DNA from: an uncultured euryarchaeote | Lineage (GTDB): Archaea > Thermoplasmatota > Poseidoniia > Poseidoniales > Thalassarchaeaceae | Assembly: GCA_937911265.1 (NCBI GenBank) | Contig: CALDRG010000057.1 | Span: 19,025-83,024, forward strand | Direction of reading: 5' to 3' | DNA: 64,000 nt | Program-made: the position numbers and the translations under genes | The notes under the pieces: generated by a model | Told to the model about the DNA's origin: nothing | The model's input: only the letters and a program-made list of their open reading frames with translations | The model's database searches: none | In this document: piece by piece, positions 1 to 9,495 of the stretch | Numbering within the stretch: the stretch's first letter is position 1 | Layout: each line of letters starts with the position of its first letter

Positions 1-1
1 T

Positions 2-505
2 AGCCCCACGCAGGGTATTGGACAGACCGATGTTGTCAATCGGCTCGCGTACCGAGGTAGAGATGATGTTCACGATTCGCCCAGTACCAACGGCCTCCAT
101 GCCGGGCACCAGAGTCTGTGTAATGGTGTGAGCAGCGTGTAGGTGACGGCGGAATGGCCCCTCGAACTCATCAAGGGTGTTCTCAAGCAATGGTCCCCCA
201 GGAGGTCCACCGGAGTTGTTCACTAGGATATGTATGGTGTCCAAATCTGATACGGCCTCGAGTACGGCGCTCAGATCCTCAAGGTCCAGTGCGAGAGCCT
301 CGTGCCCGTCTCCGTGCATTTCTGTAACCAGCGAGTCGAGATTGGCTGCAGAGCGGGCGCACGCGACTACGCGGGCGCCCGCTCGAGCGAGCATTAGCGC
401 GCAGGCGCGCCCGATGCCCTTCGAGGCACCGCAAACCAGTGCAGTCTGTCCGTCTAATACGCCATCGGCGAAAGGAAATCCATCATTGAGCAGTCCATTG
501 TTCAT
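2..505 (-). CDS. SDR family oxidoreductase (3-oxoacyl-ACP reductase-like), runs off the window edge
   Basis: Own translation of minus strand from ATG at 505: MNNGLLNDGFPFADGVLDGQTALVCGASKGIGRACAL...ILVNNSGGP...GRIVNIIS; Rossmann GxxxGIG and NNxG motifs. Not in the ORF track because it is truncated. Confidence 0.88.
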   Translation of the reverse strand, partial: MNNGLLNDGFPFADGVLDGQTALVCGASKGIGRACALMLARAGARVVACARSAANLDSLVTEMHGDGHEALALDLEDLSAVLEAVSDLDTIHILVNNSGGPPGGPLLENTLDEFEGPFRRHLHAAHTITQTLVPGMEAVGTGRIVNIISTSVREPIDNIGLSNTLRGA

Positions 506-513
506 TTTATCAC

Positions 514-1284
514 CTAATCCACATAATGAGCGTACGTCTGGTCACGCAGTTTCTGGTCGACGACTTCGAGCACCTCATCCGGCGCATTGCGGAATGTCGG
601 GTGCTCGCTTTCACCTTGCGGTCGACGCATCTCATGCCAGCGGCCATCCTCGTATGCCATCAATGCCTCCTTCATCAAGACTCCAGCCAGAACTAGCGTC
701 TCGTAGCACAGATCCTCATAGGTCATCCCTCTCTTCACCGCGACTTCGCGCTTAATCAGCATCTCCCCTGTGTCTATGCCATTGTCACAGAAGTGACAGG
801 TTGAGCCGACGCGGATATCGTGGTACACCGACCATGCAGGTGAGGCCGAACCCCTGCATTCGGGCAGCAGTCCGGGATGGGCGTTGATCACCCCGTCGGA
901 GGGGTAGTCGAGTATCTCCCCCCGGATTATTCGGGTCCCTCCGAATACGATGAGGTCGAGCTCCAGCCCCTCTAGATGAGGCATGACCTCGGGTGATTTG
1001 TGAATCGGGACAGGTACCAGTAGGATTCCGTTTTCAGCAGCCTGCTCGGCTATGGGTGGGGCTATTGGGTTGCCCTCGATTCGCTTGAGGAACTTCTCAC
1101 GCTCCTCGTCGCCGACTGGTGAATCCTCCTCTATGATAATCTCGGGCACGAAGCCCTCGGAGAGGATCTGGCGCAGCATCTCGCGGCCGTACGGATGCTC
1201 CTTCAAGAGCAGGTAAGCAAATCTTGGCTTGGCCATGGTCCCCGTTTCGGGGAGGGGCCTTAGATACCCGTTATTTTCGGTCAC
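514..1284 (-). CDS. Formyltransferase (Formyl_trans_N domain, 10-formyl-THF dependent), substrate unknown
   Basis: INAHPGLLPECRGSASP motif (N-x-H catalytic pair) and downstream DNGIDTG aspartate; GTG start overlaps the aspS stop (GTGA). Confidence 0.85.
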   Translation of the reverse strand: MTENNGYLRPLPETGTMAKPRFAYLLLKEHPYGREMLRQILSEGFVPEIIIEEDSPVGDEEREKFLKRIEGNPIAPPIAEQAAENGILLVPVPIHKSPEVMPHLEGLELDLIVFGGTRIIRGEILDYPSDGVINAHPGLLPECRGSASPAWSVYHDIRVGSTCHFCDNGIDTGEMLIKREVAVKRGMTYEDLCYETLVLAGVLMKEALMAYEDGRWHEMRRPQGESEHPTFRNAPDEVLEVVDQKLRDQTYAHYVD

Positions 1285-2690
1285 GGAGTGACTCGACTCC
1301 GGTCGCGCGGGAAAAGCACGACCTCGCGGACATTGCCAGCTCCGGTCAGTACCATCAGCAGGCGGGCCACACCAAGTCCCCAGCCAGCGTGCGGAGGCGC
1401 ACCGTAGCGGAATCCGTCTGTATAGAAGGTGAAGTCTGCCGGCTCTAGGCCCATGTTCCGTAGGTTCTGCTCGAGCACGTCCACGCGATGCTCGCGCTGA
1501 CCACCGCTGGTCATCTCGTCACGCCCGTAGTTGAGGTCGAAGCCACGACTCAACTGGCCGCCCGAGGATCCTTTCTCGTCTTCCTTGTGGTGGATGTAGA
1601 AGGGTTTCATCGACATCGGCCAGCGCGGAATAAAGTGGAAACCGGGATATTGGGCTGCGACGATGTCGCAGTGATGACTCTCGATGTCGTCACCCCACTC
1701 TATCTCGCCTCCGCCCGCCTTGACAATCTTGATGGCGTCGCAGTAGGATATGCGCGGAAACGGCACATTCGGGACCTCGACTGTGACAGGCTCTTGGTTC
1801 TGGCCTGATCGGTATTCGTTCACTACATCGATGAGGTTCTGGTCATTGGCCGCCACCTCGCTCCAGATATGGTGGATCATGCGTTCCTGCACACCCATCA
1901 CGTCTTCCTCGTCCATCCAAGCGCCTTCAATATCGAAGGAGATGAACTCGTTCAGATGACGATAGGTGTCGTGCTTCTCCGCTCGGAAGGCCGGGCCAAT
2001 CTCAAACACCCGTTCGAGTCCTCCAAGGACTGCCAATTGCTTGTACAACTGGGGACTCTGTGAGAGGTATGCATCTGTCTCGAAGTACTTTATCGGGAAC
2101 AGATTGGTGCCACCCTCTGCTGCAGCAGCGATAATCTTCGGTGTGTTGATTTCTTGGAAACCCTCGGAGATGAGGTGGTCGCGGCCGTACTGCAGTACCT
2201 TCCCTCGCAGTTGGAACATCGCGTTCACATGAGCCCTCCGAAGGTCGAGATGACGGTTATCCAGTCTGACATCGAGACCCACATGAACATCGTCAGTCAC
2301 ACCTACTGGTAGAGGTGCAGCAGCATCGGCGAGAACTCTCGCGGTCGCCACATTGACCTCAAACTCTGGAGGCGGCGCAGACTCGCCCTCGGCGAGTTTC
2401 GGAGGACGCTTCTGAGCCACCGTTCCAGTGACTTGAATGGTCGACTCGCGAGTCGCTGATTGGATGGCGCTGAACAGCGCCTCGTCCATGTTATCTTTCT
2501 TCAGGAATGCCTGTATGTGGCCAGTACCGTCGCGCAGCATCAGGAAGCAGATTCCCCCGCGCCCTCGCACTGTCTCGGCGTAGCCTGCGACGGTTACTTC
2601 GGAGCCAACCATGTCCGCGCCGTTGGACACCACCTGCCCTATGGTGTGGGAGCGGTAAGCCGTAGGCCTCCATCCGCTACTGTCTCTCAT
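1281..2690 (-). CDS. aspS: Aspartyl-tRNA synthetase, archaeal type
   Basis: N-terminal OB fold (FLMLRDGTG), EGGTNLF, YLSQSPQLYKQ, FEIGPAFRAE, GAPPHAGWGLGVARL, LFPRDR. Start moved to ATG at 2690. Confidence 0.96.
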   Translation of the reverse strand: MRDSSGWRPTAYRSHTIGQVVSNGADMVGSEVTVAGYAETVRGRGGICFLMLRDGTGHIQAFLKKDNMDEALFSAIQSATRESTIQVTGTVAQKRPPKLAEGESAPPPEFEVNVATARVLADAAAPLPVGVTDDVHVGLDVRLDNRHLDLRRAHVNAMFQLRGKVLQYGRDHLISEGFQEINTPKIIAAAAEGGTNLFPIKYFETDAYLSQSPQLYKQLAVLGGLERVFEIGPAFRAEKHDTYRHLNEFISFDIEGAWMDEEDVMGVQERMIHHIWSEVAANDQNLIDVVNEYRSGQNQEPVTVEVPNVPFPRISYCDAIKIVKAGGGEIEWGDDIESHHCDIVAAQYPGFHFIPRWPMSMKPFYIHHKEDEKGSSGGQLSRGFDLNYGRDEMTSGGQREHRVDVLEQNLRNMGLEPADFTFYTDGFRYGAPPHAGWGLGVARLLMVLTGAGNVREVVLFPRDRSRVTP

Positions 2691-2739
2691 ACCCCTCTCG
2701 TGTCGGGACGGGGTTTTGAATGGTATCGGGCCAGGGGGC

Positions 2740-3219
2740 TCAATCATCCGACAATCGCTCGAGATACGCATCATCGAGCTCAGGTGGGAAGGCTAGCCAG
2801 CGGATGAGCACGAAGTTGAGGAAACCGAACAAGCAGGTGTTGATTAGCCAAGCGACGTAGTGGTTGACTAACCACTTCTCTATCATGATGTATTCGAGAG
2901 AAGTTGTCACTGCTAGTTGCGCAGTGTAGCACCAGAACGCCCGGTTGAGACTGGTGGAGTAGGTAAATGTCGATTTGAAGGTAAATCTGTAGTGCATATA
3001 GTGGGCTTCGACATTCCCTATGATGTTGGACACGACCCAGGCCGACACTGCTGTGTGGGCTTCCCACAGATTCATCCAGTACAGAATCAGATAAATTGCA
3101 AAAGCGAATGCGGAGTTGAAGCATCCAGTGACGTTGAATCTCATGAACTCTCGGAGGACTGTACTTGAGGTCCAGCCGACATCAGCAACCCTGCCCTTGA
3201 AGCGATTGATCCAGCCCAT
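2740..3219 (-). CDS. GtrA-family small membrane protein
   Basis: Four hydrophobic segments; FMRFNVTG, HYMHYRFTFKS, NFVLIRWLAF resemble the GtrA pattern. Start moved to ATG 3219. Confidence 0.75.
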   Translation of the reverse strand: MGWINRFKGRVADVGWTSSTVLREFMRFNVTGCFNSAFAFAIYLILYWMNLWEAHTAVSAWVVSNIIGNVEAHYMHYRFTFKSTFTYSTSLNRAFWCYTAQLAVTTSLEYIMIEKWLVNHYVAWLINTCLFGFLNFVLIRWLAFPPELDDAYLERLSDD

Positions 3220-3229
3220 AGATGATCTC

Positions 3230-4042
3230 TCACTCTTCTTCGTGAGGGACAATCTTAGCTGCAATCAGTAGGAACGCAGTGTGCCCCATAGGCTGGTTTC
3301 CTGGTCTGACACCACCTTTGCTAGCCTTGACCCACTTGCGCTCAATCATCTCGCCCGCCCATTCGATGACCAGCCCCTGCCTCTGAGCGGATTCCCAGGA
3401 TCTCTCAAGTTGCACGGTGGTCGGGCAGTAGCAGGCCAGTCTGCCTCCAGCCCTCAGCAGTGGCTCGATAGTCGGGACAACCTGCCAAGGCTCGGCCACA
3501 TCGATGATTGCCGCATCGAGAGATTGACAGATTCCCGAAACAGCTTGTCCGACTTCGATTAGATCACCGTCAATCAGGTGCCAATCTGGGAACTCAGGTA
3601 GTACTTCGGCTAGGCGCTCCATGTTGGCCCGTCCGACCTCGGCATGCTCTGGCCTAGATTCGACTGAGATGAGGGTGCCAGACGAGCCTAGGACATTGGC
3701 CAGATGCATAGCTAGACCGGCCGAACCATGACCGCCCTCGAGCACCTTTGAGCCGACGCCGATGCCCATCCAAGAGATGAGGAATCCAGAATCCTTGATG
3801 CCAATGACTTGAGCCCTCCTAGCCATGTTCCTGCGGGCCTCGGGGAGAGCCGGGTCGACGATGGACAGGGACTTCTGGCCGACAGTAATCCTATCTCCAA
3901 TTGAGTATCCGTTCAGGAGTTGCTCGACATCAAATCTCCCTAGTCCCTTCACCTTGACTTCGCCGGGTGTTCGCTGCAGCAGGTAGGCGCGACCGTCGTC
4001 CTCCCTTAGCGCGACCCACTCGCTGCCTCCGTCCTCGTTCAC
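3230..4042 (-). CDS. trmI: tRNA (adenine-N1)-methyltransferase (TrmI/Gcd14 family)
   Basis: AQVIGIKD, VLEGGHGSAGL, ESRPEHAEV, AAIIDVAEPW, YCPTTVQL, HTAFL motifs. Confidence 0.88.
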   Translation of the reverse strand: MNEDGGSEWVALREDDGRAYLLQRTPGEVKVKGLGRFDVEQLLNGYSIGDRITVGQKSLSIVDPALPEARRNMARRAQVIGIKDSGFLISWMGIGVGSKVLEGGHGSAGLAMHLANVLGSSGTLISVESRPEHAEVGRANMERLAEVLPEFPDWHLIDGDLIEVGQAVSGICQSLDAAIIDVAEPWQVVPTIEPLLRAGGRLACYCPTTVQLERSWESAQRQGLVIEWAGEMIERKWVKASKGGVRPGNQPMGHTAFLLIAAKIVPHEEE

Positions 4043-4152
4043 GCTTCGGGCCCGTCCTCCGCCTACTCAAGTTCTCCGGCTCTCTAAAGAGCCGTCCCAG
4101 CAACTATCCTGAGTACAGCATGGTTATACGGCGCCACGTTAGGGATATTTTA

Positions 4153-7100
4153 ATGACTATAGTGCGAATGCTGTCAATCGTTCAACCGCTGACTCTGGCA
4201 ACCCTGGTGGTCATGATGTCCTTCATTGGCTTCATGACGATGGACGAGAAGGTCGAGAAGGTCGAAGAAAGAGAGCAATTGATGCAGGAGGAAGCGCCGC
4301 TTTACGCTACCAGTCCAGGTCACCCTGTGTTCGGCGAGTACGTCGGCGCACACTGGTGCCCTCCTTGCATGGACAGCGCATCACCCTCGCTTTACAATCT
4401 GAAGACGTCAAATCCAGAGGATTTCACATTCGTCTCAATCTTTGAGTCCGAATCAGATGGTTGGCCCTCGGACAGCCCAATAAATCGACAGGACCACGTC
4501 ATGGCAGCCTCAAGTGGTTACCCTACATTCTCTTTCGCCGATGAGCAGAGTGGGACTTGCTTCAAGGTTGGCGCAGCCGGAACAAACTACTACGACGCAG
4601 ACTACACGAACGGTGGCTGCATGAGTTCGGATGTCTCCGACTACGCTGTCGAGCTCTCAATCGCTCTCGATTCAGTGACCAACGATGTCACCATCACCGT
4701 AGAGTCGACATACCTCGGTTCATCGTCATCCGTGACTGTCTACCTCTACGCAGCAGTGACTGAGAAAATTGGCGCTGATGCCTACGACAATGGTGTACGA
4801 CCTCACCACAACTGGAGAGAGTGGCTGCTGAACAGCAACGGGGACGGCTTCGAGGAGATGACTCTGACTCCGAACAACGTCGCTGAGAGGACTTGGACTG
4901 TTCCACTCAACACCGTTAGGGCCACTTCGGGTAACACCCAGTACGAGAACTTCTGGCCGGTAGTCGCTCTGATGGATGGCCCACACACATCCTACAACGA
5001 CTTCCTAACTGCAGCGGACCTAGACATGGCACCGCTCATCGATATCGGCATCTCTGATTTCGATGTCGTCAACCAGAATGGCAACCTCGGATTCGTGCCT
5101 GGAGACACACTCGACCTAACCATCGAGGTCACCAACTTCGGTGTCGATCCCTACAATGATGGCGGCGAGATATCGATTTACGAGCTCGTCGGCCTAGACG
5201 AGGTCTACGCCGGAGGTTCGTCAATCACCAATCTCGCTTCGGGAGGGACCCAGGTCCTCACGATCCAGTTCGACACCTCTGACATAGAGCCCTACGCATC
5301 CGGCTCCACGACCTTCAGGGCGAAACTCTCGGGACTGACAGGTGACCGTGTCTCCTCCAATGACTACACGGACGATAATGCCCTGCATGACATGGCCCCG
5401 GTCGCCAACCAACCAACCGCCATCGCTTCCACCTCCATAGAGAGGGGCAGTACAATTCAGTTCGAGTCCACGGCTCTGTCTAACGACATGGTCGACGACA
5501 TGTCATCAATGACGCCGACTCTGCATTACGCTGAGTCAGGAACTGACATGTGGGACAATTCATGGATAGCTTCCTCCGACTTGGTCGGCAGCGGAGGAAA
5601 CGCTCGCTATGTGTTTACCATCGACGCACCTCTCAATGCTGAGGTGGGAGATTACGATCTCAGGGTCCGCTGGGTGGATGCTGGTGGCCAGTACGGCGAC
5701 TGGTTGATATCCGAGGAGGCCTTTGAATTGCGTAACGCCCTGCCTGTGGTGCTGAATAGCGATTACCCGCAGTACGCAGGAATGCCGACTGTCAAGGTTG
5801 AGACTCAGGAAAGAGTCTCCATAATGGGTCTGGTGTACGATGCCGAGACCCCGCTTTCAATGCTGCAGATTGACAGCAACTCGCCCGAGTTCATCGAGTG
5901 GGACTCGTCCTCGCTTGAGATTGTTGTCGAGTTCAGCGCGGTCATCAGGGACAGCCAAGGCAATCCTATTCCTCAGGGTATATTCGTCACTATCAATGAC
6001 GGTGATGACAGCAACTCAGGCATGATGATGTTCAACGTGGTGGAGAATGGCGCCCCAAGGTGGGCACCGGTCCCTTCGCAATCGTTCAATGAGGGTGGCT
6101 CGGCCAGCTTCGGTCTGTCTGAGTACCTTTCAGACACTGATGACAACGGCTATCTGGTGCCGGTTTCTGGTCTGACCCTAGAGTTGCTGGGGATATCTAA
6201 CGGAGCCCTAGTAGATGCAAGTATCTCGGGACATACCCTCTCCGTCAGTGCCATAGATGACGACTCCATTGGCGTCGTAGACCTCACATTGAGGGCCAGC
6301 GACGGAGTCAAATTCTCGGACACCGTCATCACGTTCCACGTACTGAATGTCAACGACGCCCCGCGGATGGAAATGGCTGGAATTGACGAATTCACCGTCG
6401 AGATTGGAGACAGGATAACCCTAGAACTCCTTGACCTAATGACGGATATCGATGACCCCGACGAGGAAATCTGGGCGTCTGCGATGACCTTCGTTGCGGG
6501 TGCCGCCCAGTTCAACCCGATTACCGGCATCCTGACCATGGCTTGGGAAGAGGCTGGGACTGAGATTGTGACCATCACTCTAGAGGATAGGCACGGCGAC
6601 GCCAGTGCCTACCTGATTACGGTCACTGTTGTTGACGATATGCCACTCTACTGGGATACGGACCTAGTTGCGACTTTCAGCACCATCGAGTATGGTTCAA
6701 ATCCCTCTGTTATCATCGACAATGTTGGTCAGCACGAGCTCAGTAACATCAGGATTACTTGGACGGTATGCAATAGTATAACTGGAATCTGTCACTCCTC
6801 GGGAGTTTCGCACAACTACGGGCCATTCATCGTCTATCCAGTGAGTGGCGAAGGACTTGGGGTAGGGGACTACGTCACCCTCTCTGCTGAGGGCGAAGAC
6901 GAGAACGGATTCGATCGAGTCACAGAGGAGCAGTTCCGAGTATATGCGACTGAGGTCGAGGAGGTCATCGAAGAACCCGTTGAGGAAGAGGCCAATACCA
7001 AGACTGGCGGCATAAGTTCGATGATGTCAGCAGGCCTCATAACTCTAGGACTAATGCTGTCAATCGCTCTTGTACTGGCGCTGGCCATCGTCCTGCGCCG

Positions 7101-7308
7101 ACAAAGACTCGACTCGGAGTCGGCTATCGATTTCGCTTCTGAGATTGAGGCGTATGAAGGAAACGACTCCTACTCTACCGATTTGACCGGAGAAACCCCT
7201 CCTCCTCCTCCGATGACCCCCCCGCTGCCACCTGAGGGCCTACCGCCGGGTTGGACCATGGAACAGTGGCACTACTATGGTGCAGAGTACCTCCACCGAC
7301 GTGAATAA
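4153..7308 (+). CDS. Large membrane-anchored surface protein: thioredoxin-like CxxC/Omp28-like domain, Ig/CARDB- and cadherin-like domains, C-terminal TM helix and Pro-rich cytoplasmic tail
   Basis: N-terminal hydrophobic segment; HWCPPC; DNGVRPHHNWREWL; NVNDAP and ASDG cadherin-like motifs; TM LITLGLMLSIALVLALAIVL; tail PPLPPEGLPPGWTMEQW. Start uncertain (4120-4168). Confidence 0.7.
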   Translation: MTIVRMLSIVQPLTLATLVVMMSFIGFMTMDEKVEKVEEREQLMQEEAPLYATSPGHPVFGEYVGAHWCPPCMDSASPSLYNLKTSNPEDFTFVSIFESESDGWPSDSPINRQDHVMAASSGYPTFSFADEQSGTCFKVGAAGTNYYDADYTNGGCMSSDVSDYAVELSIALDSVTNDVTITVESTYLGSSSSVTVYLYAAVTEKIGADAYDNGVRPHHNWREWLLNSNGDGFEEMTLTPNNVAERTWTVPLNTVRATSGNTQYENFWPVVALMDGPHTSYNDFLTAADLDMAPLIDIGISDFDVVNQNGNLGFVPGDTLDLTIEVTNFGVDPYNDGGEISIYELVGLDEVYAGGSSITNLASGGTQVLTIQFDTSDIEPYASGSTTFRAKLSGLTGDRVSSNDYTDDNALHDMAPVANQPTAIASTSIERGSTIQFESTALSNDMVDDMSSMTPTLHYAESGTDMWDNSWIASSDLVGSGGNARYVFTIDAPLNAEVGDYDLRVRWVDAGGQYGDWLISEEAFELRNALPVVLNSDYPQYAGMPTVKVETQERVSIMGLVYDAETPLSMLQIDSNSPEFIEWDSSSLEIVVEFSAVIRDSQGNPIPQGIFVTINDGDDSNSGMMMFNVVENGAPRWAPVPSQSFNEGGSASFGLSEYLSDTDDNGYLVPVSGLTLELLGISNGALVDASISGHTLSVSAIDDDSIGVVDLTLRASDGVKFSDTVITFHVLNVNDAPRMEMAGIDEFTVEIGDRITLELLDLMTDIDDPDEEIWASAMTFVAGAAQFNPITGILTMAWEEAGTEIVTITLEDRHGDASAYLITVTVVDDMPLYWDTDLVATFSTIEYGSNPSVIIDNVGQHELSNIRITWTVCNSITGICHSSGVSHNYGPFIVYPVSGEGLGVGDYVTLSAEGEDENGFDRVTEEQFRVYATEVEEVIEEPVEEEANTKTGGISSMMSAGLITLGLMLSIALVLALAIVLRRQRLDSESAIDFASEIEAYEGNDSYSTDLTGETPPPPPMTPPLPPEGLPPGWTMEQWHYYGAEYLHRRE

Positions 7309-7385
7309 TCCCCTCATTGGGGTTTGATACCTGTAACGCACCTTCAAGAAGGTGCCAGCATCAGGAATGACCCCGGGGGAGTACT

Positions 7386-9440
7386 ATGCCGAGAGAGTCT
7401 GAGCACACGCAGGACGCAACTGAGGCCGAAGAGGACGCTCTGGAATCATGGGAGGATGGACCTGCTTTCGGCGTCTCCGAGGACAAGGATCCGGTATGCG
7501 AGGACTCTGTGGCGGATTGGATTAAGGGGATCGATATCACCTCGACGGTCGATGTGCCGATTCCGGAGAAGCTGGTAGATCAGGTGATTGGCCAGGAGGC
7601 TGCTTCGATAGTGGTCAGGAAGGCCGCCCAGCAGAGGCGACACGTAATCATGGTAGGAGAGCCTGGAACTGGTAAGTCGATGCTTGCCCGCTCTATGACC
7701 GAGTTTCTGCCTAGAGAGCAACTCGAAGACATCCTTGTATTCCGCAACCACGATGACGAGAATGAACCCAAGGTGAGGACCGTTCCCGCTGGACGAGGCT
7801 CGCGCATCATCTCAGAGAGGAAGGCGCAGATTAGACTTCAGCGAGAAAGGACCAACCGCACCCTGTTGTTCGTGGCTCTGGTAGTCGGCGCCGCCCTACT
7901 GCTTGCAACCATTTCTAGCGGCGAGATACTGACATTCATCTTCGGTTCCTTTATCCTTGTCTTCGGATACTTCTTCCTCAGAACCCGTCTGACAGCAGGT
8001 GACGATGCTAACATTCCGAAACTGCTGATTAAGCACGAGCGCGAAGATGATCCCCCGTTCATTGATGCCACCGGGACTCTAGCCGGAGCTCTTCTGGGCG
8101 ATGTTCGCCACGACCCATTCCAGTCTGGTGCCGACCTCGCCACCCCTGCTCACGAGAGGGTTGAGCCGGGGGCCGTGCATAGATCCAACAAGGGTGTTCT
8201 GTACATCGACGAGATTCGTATGCTTAGAATGGAGGAGCAGCAGGCACTACTGGTCGCCATGCAGGAGAAGGAACTCTCCATCAGCGGTCGATCCGAGCGC
8301 TCCTCGGGAGCCCTTACCAAGTCAGAACCTGTCCCAACCGATTTCATACTCATCGCCGCAGGAAACCTCGACAGTGTACAGAACATGCACCCTGCTCTGC
8401 GCAGTCGTATCCGAGGATATGGCTACGAGGTCTACGTCAACACCGATATGCGTGACACTGAGCGCAACCGTCGTCGTCTAATCCGATTCATTGCTCAGGA
8501 GGTCCGCAACGAGCTCAAGAAAGGATCTGGCAGGCCGATACCTCACTTCGATCGTGGCTCAATATCCCTTATTCTGAAGGAGGCGCAGAGACGCAGCGGT
8601 CGCCGTGGAAAATTGTCACTGCGTCTGAGGGAGCTCGGCGGACTTGTTCGCATCGCTGGCGACCTAGCTGCTGAAGATGGTGCGGAACTGACCTGCGCCG
8701 AACACGTCACTAGAGCGAGGATGATTGCCAAGCCTCTAGAGCAGCAGGTGGCTGATCGCCACTTAGAACGCCAGGCCGAGTATGCCATGCTGGTCAACCG
8801 CGGCAACCGAGTGGGACGAGTCAACGGCCTCGCTGTTCTAGGGGCCGATAGTGGCCTCTCTGACTACTCCGGAGTCGTGCTGCCTGTCGAGGCCATGGTT
8901 ACACCGGCTCAAGGGATGTCAGGACGAGTCATCGCTACTGGTGGTCTCTCAGACCTCGCTAACGAGAGCGTGACTAACATCAGCGCAGTCGTGAAGAAGC
9001 TCACTGGCAAGGACATCAAGGACTTCGATCTCCACGTTCAGTTCCCTGGAACTCACAATGTCGACGGCGATAGTGCATCGATTACTATGGCCACTGCCAT
9101 AATCAGTGCCTTCGAGGGCGTGCCAATCGAGCAGAACCTAGCTATGACGGGTTCGCTTTCTGTTAGAGGGGAGATTCTGCCTGTGGGCGGAGTCACCGCG
9201 AAGATTGAGGCTGCCGCCAAATCCGGCATTCAGAAAGTGATCATTCCCCGCTCCAACCTGCAGGACGTTCTGATGGATGAGAAGTGGGAGAAGATGGTCG
9301 AGGTACTGCCTGTGGACTCTCTGGACGAGGTTCTTGAGCACGCGCTTGTCGGGGCCGAGGAGAAGGTCAGCTTGGTAGATCGTCTCTCCAAGGTCATAGA
9401 CACCATCTCGAAGGGCACCGACACTCAACCATCGGCTTGA
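7386..9440 (+). CDS. lonB: Archaeal membrane-bound Lon protease (LonB)
   Basis: Walker A GEPGTGKS, TM insertion inside the AAA domain, YIDEI Walker B, protease DGDSAS catalytic Ser and VGGVTAK Lys. Confidence 0.96.
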   Translation: MPRESEHTQDATEAEEDALESWEDGPAFGVSEDKDPVCEDSVADWIKGIDITSTVDVPIPEKLVDQVIGQEAASIVVRKAAQQRRHVIMVGEPGTGKSMLARSMTEFLPREQLEDILVFRNHDDENEPKVRTVPAGRGSRIISERKAQIRLQRERTNRTLLFVALVVGAALLLATISSGEILTFIFGSFILVFGYFFLRTRLTAGDDANIPKLLIKHEREDDPPFIDATGTLAGALLGDVRHDPFQSGADLATPAHERVEPGAVHRSNKGVLYIDEIRMLRMEEQQALLVAMQEKELSISGRSERSSGALTKSEPVPTDFILIAAGNLDSVQNMHPALRSRIRGYGYEVYVNTDMRDTERNRRRLIRFIAQEVRNELKKGSGRPIPHFDRGSISLILKEAQRRSGRRGKLSLRLRELGGLVRIAGDLAAEDGAELTCAEHVTRARMIAKPLEQQVADRHLERQAEYAMLVNRGNRVGRVNGLAVLGADSGLSDYSGVVLPVEAMVTPAQGMSGRVIATGGLSDLANESVTNISAVVKKLTGKDIKDFDLHVQFPGTHNVDGDSASITMATAIISAFEGVPIEQNLAMTGSLSVRGEILPVGGVTAKIEAAAKSGIQKVIIPRSNLQDVLMDEKWEKMVEVLPVDSLDEVLEHALVGAEEKVSLVDRLSKVIDTISKGTDTQPSA

Positions 9441-9474
9441 GCACCTGCTCGTCGTAATGTTTCAAGTCCCGTAT

Positions 9475-9495
9475 CATCCCCGCAAAGCGGGGATG
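9475..9495 (+). promoter_or_regulatory. Perfect 9-bp hairpin covering the likely MFS start codon
   Basis: CATCCCCGC-AAA-GCGGGGATG; the last three bases are the ATG at 9493. Confidence 0.4.

Noticed and set aside
514-1284. Calling the formyltransferase fmt (Met-tRNA formyltransferase)
   Set aside because: It lacks the C-terminal tRNA-binding domain and the host uses aIF2-type initiation.
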